From contig JBAZBR010000001.1 of NCBI GenBank assembly GCA_041671325.1, positions 415,504 through 479,503 of the forward strand: 64,000 bases of DNA, in the 5' to 3' direction. This stretch comes from Patescibacteria group bacterium (lineage in GTDB: Bacteria > Patescibacteriota > Patescibacteriia > PEXW01). This document shows positions 19,251 to 30,486 of the stretch, in pieces (positions within the stretch are counted from its first letter, which is position 1; each line of letters starts with the position of its first letter). The position numbers and the translations under genes were made by a program. The notes below the pieces were generated by a model. That model had not been told where the DNA came from, made no database searches, and worked only from the letters and a program-made list of their open reading frames with translations.

Positions 19251-20381
19251 ATGAAAAAAATTTGTTTTATTTCAACATTTGCTTATCCTCTTTTTAACAA
19301 ATCGTCAAAAATAATTCATGGTGGAGCTGAGATAGATTTATTCTTTATAGCAGAAGAATTAGCTAATCATGAAAATTTTGAGGTGTTTTTCGTTACGGCA
19401 GATTTTGGACAACCAAATCCTGAAAAATTTAATAAAATCGTTGTTTATTCTTCATGGAAAGTAAACTTGACTGGTTGCTTAAAATATCTTTATTCATTTT
19501 TTGGTCTTTTTAAATTTATTAAGGCTCTTAAAAGTACTAAATCTGAAATATTCGTTCAAGAAGCTGCAGGAATTGAAACATTAATTGTTTCATTATTCTG
19601 TCGATTAACCAAAAAAAAGTTTGTTTATCGTGTTTCCAGTACGGTGGAATGTGATGGGAAAATAATACAACTTCATCCATTTATGGGAAGGCTATTTTTG
19701 TTAGGATTACGTCTAGCTGACGCAATTGTAACCGAAGATCAAGAAGAAGTTGATTTACTAAAACAAAAATATAATTTAAAAGCGCAAGCAATATATGATA
19801 CAACGCCACTACCAAATATTAAGCTATTAATTCCAGTGGAACAGCGGCGTCATATTATTTGGGTGGGCCGTTTAGTTAAAATTAAACGACCAGATATTTT
19901 TTTAGATTTAGTAACAAATTTACCTTATGAAAAATTTATAATAATCGCTGCTACGGTTGATTCAAATGATGAATATACAAAAAAAATTATAGTCCAAGCA
20001 AAGACTTTAAAGAATACGGTGTTGATTCCGGGGCTTAAATATTATGAGCTTGATGAATTTTATCGTTACTCGAAATTATTAATTAATACTTCGGATTTTG
20101 AAGGATATCCAAATACTTTTATTGAAGCTGGGAAATACGGCGTACCTATCATCACTTTGAATGTAGATCCCGACAAATTATTAAGTTTGAATAATTTTGG
20201 AGAATGTGCTAGAGGTAATATAAATATATTGATTGATACTGTTAGTACTTGGTTAAAAAATATAAAAAAACGCGAGGTCGCGGGTCAGGCATTCAGGGAA
20301 TATGTTGAAAAAACCAATGATATCCATAAAAATATCCAGGATTACATCTCGCTTTTTGATCGTTTATCTATGCCCAAGTAG
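19251..20381 (+). CDS. GT4-family glycosyltransferase
   Basis: C-terminal SDFEGYPNTFIEAGKYGVPII (EX7E region). Confidence 0.7.
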   Translation: MKKICFISTFAYPLFNKSSKIIHGGAEIDLFFIAEELANHENFEVFFVTADFGQPNPEKFNKIVVYSSWKVNLTGCLKYLYSFFGLFKFIKALKSTKSEIFVQEAAGIETLIVSLFCRLTKKKFVYRVSSTVECDGKIIQLHPFMGRLFLLGLRLADAIVTEDQEEVDLLKQKYNLKAQAIYDTTPLPNIKLLIPVEQRRHIIWVGRLVKIKRPDIFLDLVTNLPYEKFIIIAATVDSNDEYTKKIIVQAKTLKNTVLIPGLKYYELDEFYRYSKLLINTSDFEGYPNTFIEAGKYGVPIITLNVDPDKLLSLNNFGECARGNINILIDTVSTWLKNIKKREVAGQAFREYVEKTNDIHKNIQDYISLFDRLSMPK

Positions 20382-20407
20382 ATATTAAAATATTGTCTGT
20401 TGATTAA

Positions 20408-21901
20408 CTACGAAGCTATTTTATACAAAACTATATTCGAATCACTATATTCCTTTGAAAAATATTTCGTATTATCAAAAACCTTCAGGTTCATATCGTA
20501 AATCGCACTATTACGCCAATAATCAATTGCACTTGGGCGTTGTTTAATTTGATATAATGAAATCAATACGTAAATATTGGTATTTTTATATGTTCCTTTT
20601 ATATAATCATAAGCTTCCTTGGATGATGGGATTTTAAACAACTGTGGTCCGTCTTGAGTAATAATATAATTATTTCCAAGAAGTGCATATCTTATTTGTA
20701 AATAATTAGCATTTGTAGTTAAAATCATAGAATCATTTTGTATATACAATTTTGACATTGCATCTAGTGTTTTAAAATCAGCGGTAAACATATTATCAAA
20801 AACTAATCCTCCGGGAATGGTAAATAAAAATAGTACACTAAAGAAAAAATACTGTAAAACTTTTTTGTTTTCAAAAAATGTAAACATATAATCAAAACCA
20901 TAACCCAATAAAATGATTGTATAAAGGGTAAACCATGTATAAAACCTCCAAGGTATTAAGCTATATAAATTCAAGTTAGGCAATATGTATAAAAAAGAAA
21001 AGTAAAATAATGTTATAACCAAGATTATTATAAAACTTAATTTGCTTGAAGTTTTTATTTTTTTAAACAGATTTACAAACCCGTATATTATTCCCAAAAA
21101 GAGCGGGAGAAGAAAAATAAACGAATAATTAGTTAAAAATCTCGATATTGGGATAGCATCACCATTAAAAGCTGTATCAGTGTTATTTGATTGTGTTAGA
21201 AAAAATTTAAAACTATTGAACAAATCTTTATTAAAGAAAAGAATAGATGATAAAAAAACTAAAAGTCCGATAAAAATTAATATTTTTGACTTAATTTTGT
21301 ATTTCTGGCTAAATAAAAAATAAAGAAATATTGTGACTAAACTGAAAAAAATAAAATTTAATCCACTCTGGTGCAAATGAAAATACAAATAGTTACATAC
21401 CAGTATCAATAATAAGTATACTAACTTCTGGTCTTTAAACAGCTTAATAAATAAATAAACTAAATACATCCCGACTAGATAACTTAAAGTTTCTGGCAGG
21501 TACATTATCGAACGTGGCAACAATTGAACTGCTGTCGCGTAAATCAATAATACAAGTAGACGAGCAAGTTTATTTTCGAATAATAAAATTAAAATTTGAT
21601 ATAAAACAAGAAAAGTTATTAAGGTTATAATCCCACCTCCTAATAAATAAACATAAAACAAATTAATACCAGAAATCATGGAAATAAATGCATTAAAAAG
21701 CGGGAAAATAAAAAGGCTATGCAAGGGTGCTTGTCCTGATAATAATATCTGTTTGGACTGCATTGCCCAGTCAAAAATATCAAACTGGGTCAAGGCTTGA
21801 AATTTTAAAGGCTGATATAGACGATAGAAAGCAGCGATTAAAAAAACTACTATCAAAGTTGATTTGTAAAATAGTTGACTTTTATCAATAAAAATTTTCA
21901 T
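20408..21901 (-). CDS. Polytopic membrane protein, GT-C-like (ArnT/PMT-like glycosyltransferase or polymerase candidate)
   Basis: About 11 predicted TM segments, an acidic first loop (FDIFDW), and a ~130-aa C-terminal soluble domain. This topology is typical of the GT-C fold. Confidence 0.45.
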   Translation of the reverse strand: MKIFIDKSQLFYKSTLIVVFLIAAFYRLYQPLKFQALTQFDIFDWAMQSKQILLSGQAPLHSLFIFPLFNAFISMISGINLFYVYLLGGGIITLITFLVLYQILILLFENKLARLLVLLIYATAVQLLPRSIMYLPETLSYLVGMYLVYLFIKLFKDQKLVYLLLILVCNYLYFHLHQSGLNFIFFSLVTIFLYFLFSQKYKIKSKILIFIGLLVFLSSILFFNKDLFNSFKFFLTQSNNTDTAFNGDAIPISRFLTNYSFIFLLPLFLGIIYGFVNLFKKIKTSSKLSFIIILVITLFYFSFLYILPNLNLYSLIPWRFYTWFTLYTIILLGYGFDYMFTFFENKKVLQYFFFSVLFLFTIPGGLVFDNMFTADFKTLDAMSKLYIQNDSMILTTNANYLQIRYALLGNNYIITQDGPQLFKIPSSKEAYDYIKGTYKNTNIYVLISLYQIKQRPSAIDYWRNSAIYDMNLKVFDNTKYFSKEYSDSNIVLYKIAS

Positions 21902-21907
21902 AAATTA

Positions 21908-23008
21908 TCATCTAGTAACTCTTTTTGTTCCCTGACAAGTAATCCCCGCCTCTGGATGTTCGTAAGATTTAATTGATTGAAATCCGCTTTGTCTAAACCA
22001 ATCTTCAATTTCTTCTACAAAATAGTAGTTACTTTTTGGAGTAGCCAATACATCAAAAGAATCATTTAATTTCATGCTAAAGGGAAAATTTGCATAATAT
22101 GAAAATGGTATTTTGTTGCCTAATTTTTTGTTTCCAATTTTTTGAAAAACTTTAGTTAATCCATTAAATCCCTCAACAATTAGTGCGGGGATATAACATA
22201 ATTTCAATAATACTTTTTTCGGGATAAACTTCATTACCGATCTTATTGGTTCATAAATATAAAGTGCCCGTCTATTATGACGACGATTGTATACCCAAAT
22301 AATCATCTGACCACCTGATTTTAATAATTTAACCAAACTTGAAAACCCTACCTGGGGCTGGGGTAAATGATGAAGAACACCGATACTGTAGGCGTAATCA
22401 AAAATTTCAAAAAATGGCATACAATAAATATCTGCTTGAATAATACAAATATGTTCATCGCCTTTGGTCATTTCATAAGCGACTTCAACGCTTTCACCTA
22501 AATCCGTGCCAAAAGCTATATTTGCCCCACAGACAACCGCCTGCTTAGTAAAGCGCCCAGAACCACAACCGATATCAACAACTGTTTTACCTTTCAAATC
22601 ATTAGCTGTAATGTGAGGTCCGATAAAATGTAGAAAATTCTGTTTTTCAAAATTATTTTCCTGGTAAATATTTTTCCATTCAAAAGCAAAACTTGCTCCT
22701 GTTTTTTCTTGGTGCTGAATAAATTTATTATAATCCTTTACATCCGCAACGGCTTCTTGCCACTCAGTTTTAACTAATAATGGCAATTCATTAAGCCAAG
22801 TTCGATAAAAGATTAAATGGTTTCTCAACATTTGTTTTCTTAATTCTTTTACTAACATTCGCGGGATACCATTGATTATTGGGAACCATTCTTGTTTATT
22901 TATCAGCAAACCAGCTGTTATCTGATTATCTTGAGTTTGAAATTTAATCAAGTTTAAATCCTGTTTGGATATTGGCGCTTTAATATAGTTTATAAATTTT
23001 TCCCTCAT
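21908..23008 (-). CDS. Class I SAM-dependent methyltransferase
   Basis: VVDIGCGSGRF motif I, and acidic motif II. Confidence 0.75.
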   Translation of the reverse strand: MREKFINYIKAPISKQDLNLIKFQTQDNQITAGLLINKQEWFPIINGIPRMLVKELRKQMLRNHLIFYRTWLNELPLLVKTEWQEAVADVKDYNKFIQHQEKTGASFAFEWKNIYQENNFEKQNFLHFIGPHITANDLKGKTVVDIGCGSGRFTKQAVVCGANIAFGTDLGESVEVAYEMTKGDEHICIIQADIYCMPFFEIFDYAYSIGVLHHLPQPQVGFSSLVKLLKSGGQMIIWVYNRRHNRRALYIYEPIRSVMKFIPKKVLLKLCYIPALIVEGFNGLTKVFQKIGNKKLGNKIPFSYYANFPFSMKLNDSFDVLATPKSNYYFVEEIEDWFRQSGFQSIKSYEHPEAGITCQGTKRVTR

Positions 23009-23062
23009 ATTTAATTAAGTAAAAATAATGATTAATTGACTAAGCAAAATGCATTTATAAGT

Positions 23063-24184
23063 TTATATTAATTCCTTAAAAAAACGACTTAGTTTAGCAA
23101 CGCCTTGATCGACTGAAAAATAATTATTGACCCGTTGCCTTGCTGCTGCGCCCATTTTTTTTCGCAATGATTCATTATTTAATAATTCTACAATAGCTTT
23201 TGAAAATTTTTCTTCATTTGCTGTATCTATTAGTCGTCCGGTTTCAATAGTTATCACTTCACGGTTTTCAATTGTGTCAGTAATCAATACGGCTCGTTCA
23301 GCCGCCATTGCCTCCAGTAAAGCAACTGACATACCTTCAAAATATGAAGCAATGACGAAAACGTCAATCATTGGGAGAATTGAGGGAACATCATTTCGAT
23401 CTCCAAGAAAACGAACGTGGTTAGTTATTTCAAGTTTAGCAGCAAGTTGTTCCATTTGGCTTTTTAATACACCGCCTCCAATAAAAATCGCATAAACTTT
23501 AGGTGAAGATTTGATAACTATTGGCAGTGCATTTAGAAAACGTTCAACACCCTTTTCAGGACGTAATTTAGAAACTGTTCCGATAATCATAGCATCGACG
23601 GGTAAATCGATTTCTTGTAGAAAAAAATTACGTTTAGATTTATCTGCGTGGGTAAAAAATTGTAAAGGATTTATGCCACATGTAATAACTGTAAATTTTC
23701 TAGCTGGTAAATTAATATCTTCAACAAAAAATCTTTTTACTTCTTCGGAAACGGCAATATATCGATCTACCATCCAATTAGTCAAAACCATTAAACGGAT
23801 TGGGTTTTGAAACCTATCCCCTCTAAATCGGGCAACTAAATAACTTACTATATTTGGTATGCCGCATATTTTACCCCAGACTCTACCAATTAAATCAGCG
23901 TGGATTAAATAAGTAACCAAGACTTGCGGATGATATCGCTTAACTAATTTAAAAAATTTAAAAAATGCATGGGGACTGAAAGGAAAATGCATATTAAGAA
24001 TTGCGGTAGTCAATCCAACGCGCTCATATGCTTCACGCATGGGACCATCACCCCTAAGCGAAATGACAATATGACGAAATTCAGATAATTTAGGTAAAAA
24101 ACTTTCAAGCAAGCGTTCTGCGCCACCTATTTCAAAACAGGTTATTAAATGGAATACAACAGGTTGTTTATTTTTAGTGATCAT
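23063..24184 (-). CDS. GT4-family glycosyltransferase
   Basis: GGAERL...; C-terminal SYFEGMSVALLEAMAAERAVL (EX7E). Confidence 0.8.
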   Translation of the reverse strand: MITKNKQPVVFHLITCFEIGGAERLLESFLPKLSEFRHIVISLRGDGPMREAYERVGLTTAILNMHFPFSPHAFFKFFKLVKRYHPQVLVTYLIHADLIGRVWGKICGIPNIVSYLVARFRGDRFQNPIRLMVLTNWMVDRYIAVSEEVKRFFVEDINLPARKFTVITCGINPLQFFTHADKSKRNFFLQEIDLPVDAMIIGTVSKLRPEKGVERFLNALPIVIKSSPKVYAIFIGGGVLKSQMEQLAAKLEITNHVRFLGDRNDVPSILPMIDVFVIASYFEGMSVALLEAMAAERAVLITDTIENREVITIETGRLIDTANEEKFSKAIVELLNNESLRKKMGAAARQRVNNYFSVDQGVAKLSRFFKELI

Positions 24185-24199
24185 AAATCAAACCCTTAT

Positions 24200-26101
24200 T
24201 TACTGAGTGACTTTTGCTGTGTCAAAAAAAGTTTGGAACCAAAGTTCTAGCGTCAACAAGGCCCAAAGTTTACGTGACTGGTCCAGTTTAGTATTTTGGT
24301 GGCTTATAATTAAGTTATTGATTGATTCTGGATTAAATATGTTCCTTGCTCTGGCACGGGGATTTAATAAGCTCTCACGGATATAATCCTTTAATTCATG
24401 CCTGAACCAATGTTCAATTGGCACACTAAAACCCATCTTTTTTCTGTAAAGAATTTCATTTGGCAATAACCCTTCAAGAGCCTTCTTGAAAATGTATTTA
24501 TTTTTTTGCCCCTTTAATTTTAATGATGAGGGTATGTTAGCGGTAAATTCTAAAAATTCATGGTCAAGCAGAGGTGAACGTCCCTCTAAAGACACAGCCA
24601 TTGAAGCAATATCAACTTTGACTAATAAATCATCTGGCAAAAATGAATTAAAATCAACCGACAATGCTTGGTCAATTATATCAGTAGTGCCTGCCTGCAT
24701 AAATTTGTTCTCAATTATATCCCGCGAATCAGCCTCACCTACCCGGCTTTGAAAATCTTGGGTATAGAGTGCATGCTTGCTTTTTTCATTAAAATAAACG
24801 ATATACTCCAAATAACGCCGGAATTTACCTTCGGAAAAAGTATCATTGAACCTTAAAACCCGGTCAGATAAAGTCGATTTAAAAATTTTGTTATTCAAAC
24901 TTGCTCCTTGGCGGATAACAGATTCGCGCAACCATCTAGGAACATAATCGTAGTAACTAGCGAACTTTTGAATATTGTACCATTTATAACCTGCAAAATT
25001 TTCATCACCGCCATCGCCATTAAGCACGACGGTTACATGCTCTCTGGTTAATTTTGAAACATAATACGTTGGAATTGCCGATGAATCAGCGTAAGGTTCT
25101 TCATAGTGGTAAATCAACTCAGGTAATATTTCTAGAGCTTTTGGTTCAACAATGAATTCCGTATGGTCAGTTTTAAAAAGGTTGGCGATTTGACGGGCAT
25201 AAGGTAATTCATTATGTGATTGTTCTTTAAAACCAATAGTAAAAGTTTTAACCGGTTGATTTGAGTTTTTTGCCATTAAACCAACTATCGCGCTGGAATC
25301 AACGCCCCCTGATAAAAAAGCTCCCAAAGGTACATCAGAAACCAACCGTAATTTAACGGCTTTTTCCAAGCGCTCCATTATTTCCTTTTGCCATTCATTT
25401 TCGCTAAGCTTAAGTTTTTTTGAAAAATCAAGACGCCAATACCTTTCAATCCTGACTTTACCATTTTCCACAATTAAATAATGGGCTGGAGGTAGCTTTT
25501 TAATACCTTTAAAGCCAGTTAAGGGATTTGGGACGTATTGAAAACTTAAATAATGATGGATGGCGATATAATCCGGCTCCCGAGGCACTTCTGGGTCAAT
25601 CAAAAACACTTTCAATTCCGATCCAAAAACAATGAAATCTTTTCCAAGATAATATTTCAAAGGCTTTTTCCCTACCCTATCACGAGCTATGAATAGTTTA
25701 TGCTTTTTTGAATCCCAAATGGCAAAAGCAAACATGCCACGAAGGTGCTCAAGGCATTTTTCGCCATATTCCTCATAAAGATGGATGATGACTTCTGTAT
25801 CAGAATTTGAATTAAATTTATAGCCCAGTTTCCGTAATTTGATTTTTAACTCTTGAAAATTATAAATTTCGCCATTATAGACAATCCAGATAGTCGCATC
25901 AGTATTTGACATCGGTTGATGGCCTGCAGGTGAAAGATCAATAATAGAAAGACGCCTATGACCAAGCCCTATCTGACCTTGGCAAAAATGGCCTTCATCA
26001 TCTGGGCCGCGATACTTAATAGTATCGGCCATTTTTTTTATTAATTCTGGGTCAACTTGCCTTGCCCCAGAAAAATATAGTTTTCCAACAATCCCACACA
26101 T
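24200..26101 (-). CDS. asnB: Asparagine synthase (glutamine-hydrolysing) family amidotransferase (AsnB/WbpS-like)
   Basis: MCGIVG N-terminal nucleophile, a GATase-II domain, and SGGVDSS PP-loop. 633 aa. Confidence 0.88.
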   Translation of the reverse strand: MCGIVGKLYFSGARQVDPELIKKMADTIKYRGPDDEGHFCQGQIGLGHRRLSIIDLSPAGHQPMSNTDATIWIVYNGEIYNFQELKIKLRKLGYKFNSNSDTEVIIHLYEEYGEKCLEHLRGMFAFAIWDSKKHKLFIARDRVGKKPLKYYLGKDFIVFGSELKVFLIDPEVPREPDYIAIHHYLSFQYVPNPLTGFKGIKKLPPAHYLIVENGKVRIERYWRLDFSKKLKLSENEWQKEIMERLEKAVKLRLVSDVPLGAFLSGGVDSSAIVGLMAKNSNQPVKTFTIGFKEQSHNELPYARQIANLFKTDHTEFIVEPKALEILPELIYHYEEPYADSSAIPTYYVSKLTREHVTVVLNGDGGDENFAGYKWYNIQKFASYYDYVPRWLRESVIRQGASLNNKIFKSTLSDRVLRFNDTFSEGKFRRYLEYIVYFNEKSKHALYTQDFQSRVGEADSRDIIENKFMQAGTTDIIDQALSVDFNSFLPDDLLVKVDIASMAVSLEGRSPLLDHEFLEFTANIPSSLKLKGQKNKYIFKKALEGLLPNEILYRKKMGFSVPIEHWFRHELKDYIRESLLNPRARARNIFNPESINNLIISHQNTKLDQSRKLWALLTLELWFQTFFDTAKVTQ

Positions 26102-26102
26102 A

Positions 26103-27221
26103 TTAATAATTATTGTAAACTTCTTTGAATAAATTCATATATTGATCGGAAATTTTATTCCAATCAAATTCTTGAATAATCTTTTTTCGACCGGCCAAAG
26201 CAAGCTTTTGGCGTAATTCTGGATTTTCTACCAAACTTGATAACTTCTGAATTAGTTCCTTCTGATCGCCAGGTTTGAAAGACAAACCATTTACGCCGTT
26301 TTGAATCAAAATTTTGACTCCCCCCACATCTGAAGCTACACAAGCAATACCTGATGCCATAGCTTCCATTAAAGCATTTGGCAAGCCCTCCGAATAAGAA
26401 GACAAGACAAAAATATCCATGATTTTTAACAATGAATATATATCTTCTCTATGTCCTAAAAATATAATTTTTTCATTAATTATGTTTTTTACCATTTCTT
26501 CTTTACCTAAATATGAACCTATAAAGTAAAATTTTACTTGGGGATATTTAAAAGTTATCTGCTTTGCCACATCAATTATATCCTTATAACCCTTGATTGA
26601 TTCTAATCGACCGATATAACAAATATTAATCTGATTAATATGTTTAATAATATCAGTTGGTAGTTTTGCAGCAACTAACGTTTCCAGATCAACACCATTG
26701 TGTATAACCTTAAATCTTATTTTCAGTTTTTTCGCGATTCCTACTAATCCTTCATGATACAAAATTACCAAATTTGACAGCTTTAAAATCGGCCAGCCAA
26801 TTAACCAAGCATATATTGTCATGATAATACTAACTATTTTTTTTCGAGGATGCCAGTTAATTCCTGGAAAAGTATCAGTAGCTAATATAACTTTTTTTCC
26901 CATTATTCTTAATAGTATTACAGAAAATGAGGTAAAAAACATATGCTTATTAACTAAATAAACGTCTGGTTTCTCTTTTTTTACAACCCGCCATAAATTC
27001 CAGGCTAAATTTGGAACAATACTATAATTCACCGGATCCGGTAAAAACCAATCCACCATACGATATATTTTTATATGCTCACCTATTTGTTCAAATCGAG
27101 GCTGTCCGGTTGTTAGTACCACTACTTCGCACTGCTTAGCTAAATTCAGCGCCGTCTTATAAGCGCTGATCATCCATCGATGTGGTTCGTAAAAGTAAGG
27201 AGCAATAATCAAAAGTTTCAT
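26103..27221 (-). CDS. GT4-family glycosyltransferase
   Basis: SSYSEGLPNALMEAMASGIACVASDVGG (EX7E). Confidence 0.8.
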   Translation of the reverse strand: MKLLIIAPYFYEPHRWMISAYKTALNLAKQCEVVVLTTGQPRFEQIGEHIKIYRMVDWFLPDPVNYSIVPNLAWNLWRVVKKEKPDVYLVNKHMFFTSFSVILLRIMGKKVILATDTFPGINWHPRKKIVSIIMTIYAWLIGWPILKLSNLVILYHEGLVGIAKKLKIRFKVIHNGVDLETLVAAKLPTDIIKHINQINICYIGRLESIKGYKDIIDVAKQITFKYPQVKFYFIGSYLGKEEMVKNIINEKIIFLGHREDIYSLLKIMDIFVLSSYSEGLPNALMEAMASGIACVASDVGGVKILIQNGVNGLSFKPGDQKELIQKLSSLVENPELRQKLALAGRKKIIQEFDWNKISDQYMNLFKEVYNNY

Positions 27222-27565
27222 TCTTTATCATTTTTATCGCGCAATGCATCTTGTCTAACGAAATTTTCAAGTTTTCTTTCCATCCTTCTTAACAAAACAT
27301 AATTCCTAAAAGTGATCCCAAATAGCACAATTATGCCGACGATAACCACAAAATCGAACGTCCGGTTAATGCTAAAAGCATTTAAAATGAAATTTACGCT
27401 ATGTGGATATATAACTACTACAACCAAACCAATCCACAAAATTTGCCAGAAAATATATTCATATATGCCAAATTCCTTTCGACGATAGTGCAGGTACGAA
27501 AAATAAGTCATCCAAATAACAAATAAAATTGCTCCAATTTGTATGCCAATCATCTTAACCTCCAA
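27218..27565 (-). CDS. Small 3-4 TM membrane protein (DUF2304-like partner of GT2)
   Basis: 115 aa, hydrophobic, overlaps and follows the GT2 gene. Confidence 0.45.
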   Translation of the reverse strand: MEVKMIGIQIGAILFVIWMTYFSYLHYRRKEFGIYEYIFWQILWIGLVVVVIYPHSVNFILNAFSINRTFDFVVIVGIIVLFGITFRNYVLLRRMERKLENFVRQDALRDKNDKE

Positions 27566-28209
27566 ACTAATATATTAAAAATTATTCTAATTCCATCTAA
27601 AATTGTCATGCCACGGTATTTATCATTATAAATCGTGCTGATAGGAATTTCTTTGCAACGCAAATGATTCTTTCCGGCATTCACTATCATTTCCGTCTCA
27701 ACCGCATAACGTGCAGATTCCCAAGCTAACTTATTATAGACTGATAAACGAAAAGCCCGATAACCAGAAAGTATATCGCTAACTTTAATTCCAAATAATA
27801 CTTTTACTAGAGTTGTTAATAAAACTTTTCCAAATTTTGCAATTAGCGGCATTTGCTGATGTACGCTTCTGACTCCAAAAACCACATCAGCATCATTATT
27901 CATTATTGGCGAAAAAATTGAAGCAATCTCATCTGGATGATGCTGACCATCAGCATCAATAAATATTACCGCATCAAATTTATTACTAATTGCCCACTGT
28001 ACGCCAGTAGTCATAGCTGCACCTTTGCCTAAATTTATCCTATGGCGTAAGCAGATAATTTTGTCATCTAGTGGCAAAAATTGCTTCAAAGGTTTAGCTG
28101 AACCATCATCAACAACAATTACTTTGTCAACATACTGTCCAGCTGCAATTGCTACTGAAGCAATATTATTAATTTCATTTAATGCTGGGATAATGGCAGC
28201 GGTTTTCAT
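27550..28209 (-). CDS. GT2 polyprenol-phosphate glycosyltransferase (dolichol-phosphate-mannose-synthase-like)
   Basis: AIIPALNE....V......YVDKVIVVDDGS.....; DADGQHHP. Confidence 0.82.
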   Translation of the reverse strand: MKTAAIIPALNEINNIASVAIAAGQYVDKVIVVDDGSAKPLKQFLPLDDKIICLRHRINLGKGAAMTTGVQWAISNKFDAVIFIDADGQHHPDEIASIFSPIMNNDADVVFGVRSVHQQMPLIAKFGKVLLTTLVKVLFGIKVSDILSGYRAFRLSVYNKLAWESARYAVETEMIVNAGKNHLRCKEIPISTIYNDKYRGMTILDGIRIIFNILVWRLR

Positions 28210-29135
28210 TTATTTTGTGTAAGGCGCCAAGTTATATAACGGTCAATTCCGTCCCAGATTCCTACTTTTGGTAAAAAACCCAATCTTGATTTTGACTTTG
28301 TAATATCGCCACCAATAAAACTTTTAACTTCACCCGGCCGAGGCTCTTGGTACTCAATTTTTCCGTTCATTTTTTCAGCAATATGCTCAGCAATATGTTT
28401 AATTGATGTTTCAACGCCAGTCCCAAAGTTAAACACTTCCCCAGCGGTCCCATCATGTTTTAGCAATAAATCATAGGCTTGGACCAAATCATCTATATTC
28501 ATATAATCCCTGGTTTGCAGGCCATCACCAAAAATAACTATTGGCTGACCATCAAGAATACGCTTAACAAAAATTGCAATAGCAGCGCCACCGCCTTTTT
28601 CTTTTTGTCTCTCCCCGTAAATATTGAAAGGCCGGGCCATAGTGACATCTAAACCATAAGTTTTATAATAGGCAAAACATAAACGGTCAGCACCGGCTTT
28701 GCTTGCCGCATACGGGCTATGAGGCCGCATTTCTGCATCTTCTTTTATCAATAAATGCTGCTCGGGTGCACCATAAACTTCACAAGTACTGGCGTGAATC
28801 AAGCGATTACCGTATTCCCGGACAGCTTCCAAGACATTATATGTACCATAGATATTCACGTCTAAATACGCAGCTGGATCCTTAATTGATTCGTCTACAT
28901 TAATCCTGGCCGCTAAATGAAAAATCACATCATGATCGCGGATTGTTTTTTTTACTAATTCTTTATCAGTTATACTCCCCCAAACGCAAGTCATTCCCTT
29001 TGGCATTTTTTTCCAGATTTCAATGGCTCGATCAGAAATTGTATTCAAAACTGTTACCTCATGGCCAGCCTTCTGAAAATGTTCGGCTAAGTGACTGCCT
29101 TGAAAACCGAGGCCTCCAGTGATAAGAATTTTCAT
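28206..29135 (-). CDS. NAD-dependent epimerase/dehydratase family protein
   Basis: ILITGGLGFQGSHL and the YAASK motif. Confidence 0.78.
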   Translation of the reverse strand: MKILITGGLGFQGSHLAEHFQKAGHEVTVLNTISDRAIEIWKKMPKGMTCVWGSITDKELVKKTIRDHDVIFHLAARINVDESIKDPAAYLDVNIYGTYNVLEAVREYGNRLIHASTCEVYGAPEQHLLIKEDAEMRPHSPYAASKAGADRLCFAYYKTYGLDVTMARPFNIYGERQKEKGGGAAIAIFVKRILDGQPIVIFGDGLQTRDYMNIDDLVQAYDLLLKHDGTAGEVFNFGTGVETSIKHIAEHIAEKMNGKIEYQEPRPGEVKSFIGGDITKSKSRLGFLPKVGIWDGIDRYITWRLTQNK

Positions 29136-29199
29136 ATATAAGAGTTAAATTATAAAATTAAATATTTAATTATTTCAAATAGAACCGTTGGATAATTTT

Positions 29200-30486
29200 T
29201 TACCTGCCAATCCCTTTATAAATAATTCCCAATTTTTGTATTACTTCCTTATCCCAAACATTCTTACCGTCAATGACTATTTTGATTTTATGCTTTTTAA
29301 GTTCTTTAGGATTAAGCACGACAAAGTCTTTATGGTTAGTAGCTAAAATTATAGCATCTACATTTTTAAGAAAAGTATTCAGATCTTTCTCGGTTGATTG
29401 CTCGGGGAAATACGGGTCAAACACATGAATATTAGCCTTTAAATCGCTTAAGAGGCTGATAACCTTCTTGGAAGGACTTTCTCTTATATCGCCCACGTTA
29501 GCCTTGTAAGAAAGGCCTAAAATGCCAATGCTAGTACCTTTAATGGGTAAGCCAAGCTCATTTAAAGCCGATTGCAGCTTATCCACTGTATATTGCGGCA
29601 TACTGTTATTAATCTCTCTGGCTAGCTTTAAAAATTTATGATCAAAACCGGCTTTACGGGCTCTTTCAATTAAGTAATACGGGTCCACGGCAATGCAATG
29701 TCCGCCCACGCCCACTGAAGGATAATGCGGCATAAAAGCAAAGGGCTTGGTTGCCGCTCCTTGGATAACATCATAAACATCAATACCTAAAACATCAAAA
29801 GATTTTGCTAATTCATTGACATAGGCAATGTTAATATCTCGAAAAGTATTTTCAATAATTTTGGTAGCTTCAGCTTCTTTAATGGATTTCATGATTCTTA
29901 CTTCCCCATCCAAAATTGACCGATAAAATTTTGCCGCGCGGAGAGCGCCTTTTTTTGTAACCGAACCGACACAGCGCGGTATATTCCTGACATTCCATTT
30001 TTGATTGCCAGGATCAATTCTTTCTGGGCAATGCGTTAATTCAAAATCTTTACCGACTTTTTTGCCGGTTGATTCCAGAATTGGCAAGACTACTTCTTCG
30101 CAAACACCAGGGTTGATAGTTGATTCAATTATGATTAACTGGCCCTTTTTCAAATTTTTTAAGATACTCTTGCTGGCTGAAATCACGGGGGTTAAATCGG
30201 GATTATTCAACTCATCAATTGGTGTAGGCACACAAACAATTACTATGTCAGATTTTTTAACCGGTTCATATGACCAGCTGGCTTTGATCAATCGTTTTTT
30301 GATAGTAGCTTCTAAACTTTGATCATCTTTTAAAGTATTAACGCCTTTGTTAAGCAAATTGATATTATGTTTATTTCTAGCTACGCCAAAAACCCGATAA
30401 CCTTTTTCCGCAGTTAAGGCAGCCAAGGGTAAACCAACATAACCCAGGCCAATTATTGAAACGATTTCTTTTCTCTTATTTTTCAT
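29200..30486 (-). CDS. Nucleotide-sugar 6-dehydrogenase (UDP-HexNAc dehydrogenase, WbpO/TviB/WecC-like)
   Basis: IGLGYVGLPLA N-terminal NAD-binding motif of the UDP-glucose/GDP-mannose dehydrogenase family. 428 aa. Confidence 0.82.
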   Translation of the reverse strand: MKNKRKEIVSIIGLGYVGLPLAALTAEKGYRVFGVARNKHNINLLNKGVNTLKDDQSLEATIKKRLIKASWSYEPVKKSDIVIVCVPTPIDELNNPDLTPVISASKSILKNLKKGQLIIIESTINPGVCEEVVLPILESTGKKVGKDFELTHCPERIDPGNQKWNVRNIPRCVGSVTKKGALRAAKFYRSILDGEVRIMKSIKEAEATKIIENTFRDINIAYVNELAKSFDVLGIDVYDVIQGAATKPFAFMPHYPSVGVGGHCIAVDPYYLIERARKAGFDHKFLKLAREINNSMPQYTVDKLQSALNELGLPIKGTSIGILGLSYKANVGDIRESPSKKVISLLSDLKANIHVFDPYFPEQSTEKDLNTFLKNVDAIILATNHKDFVVLNPKELKKHKIKIVIDGKNVWDKEVIQKLGIIYKGIGR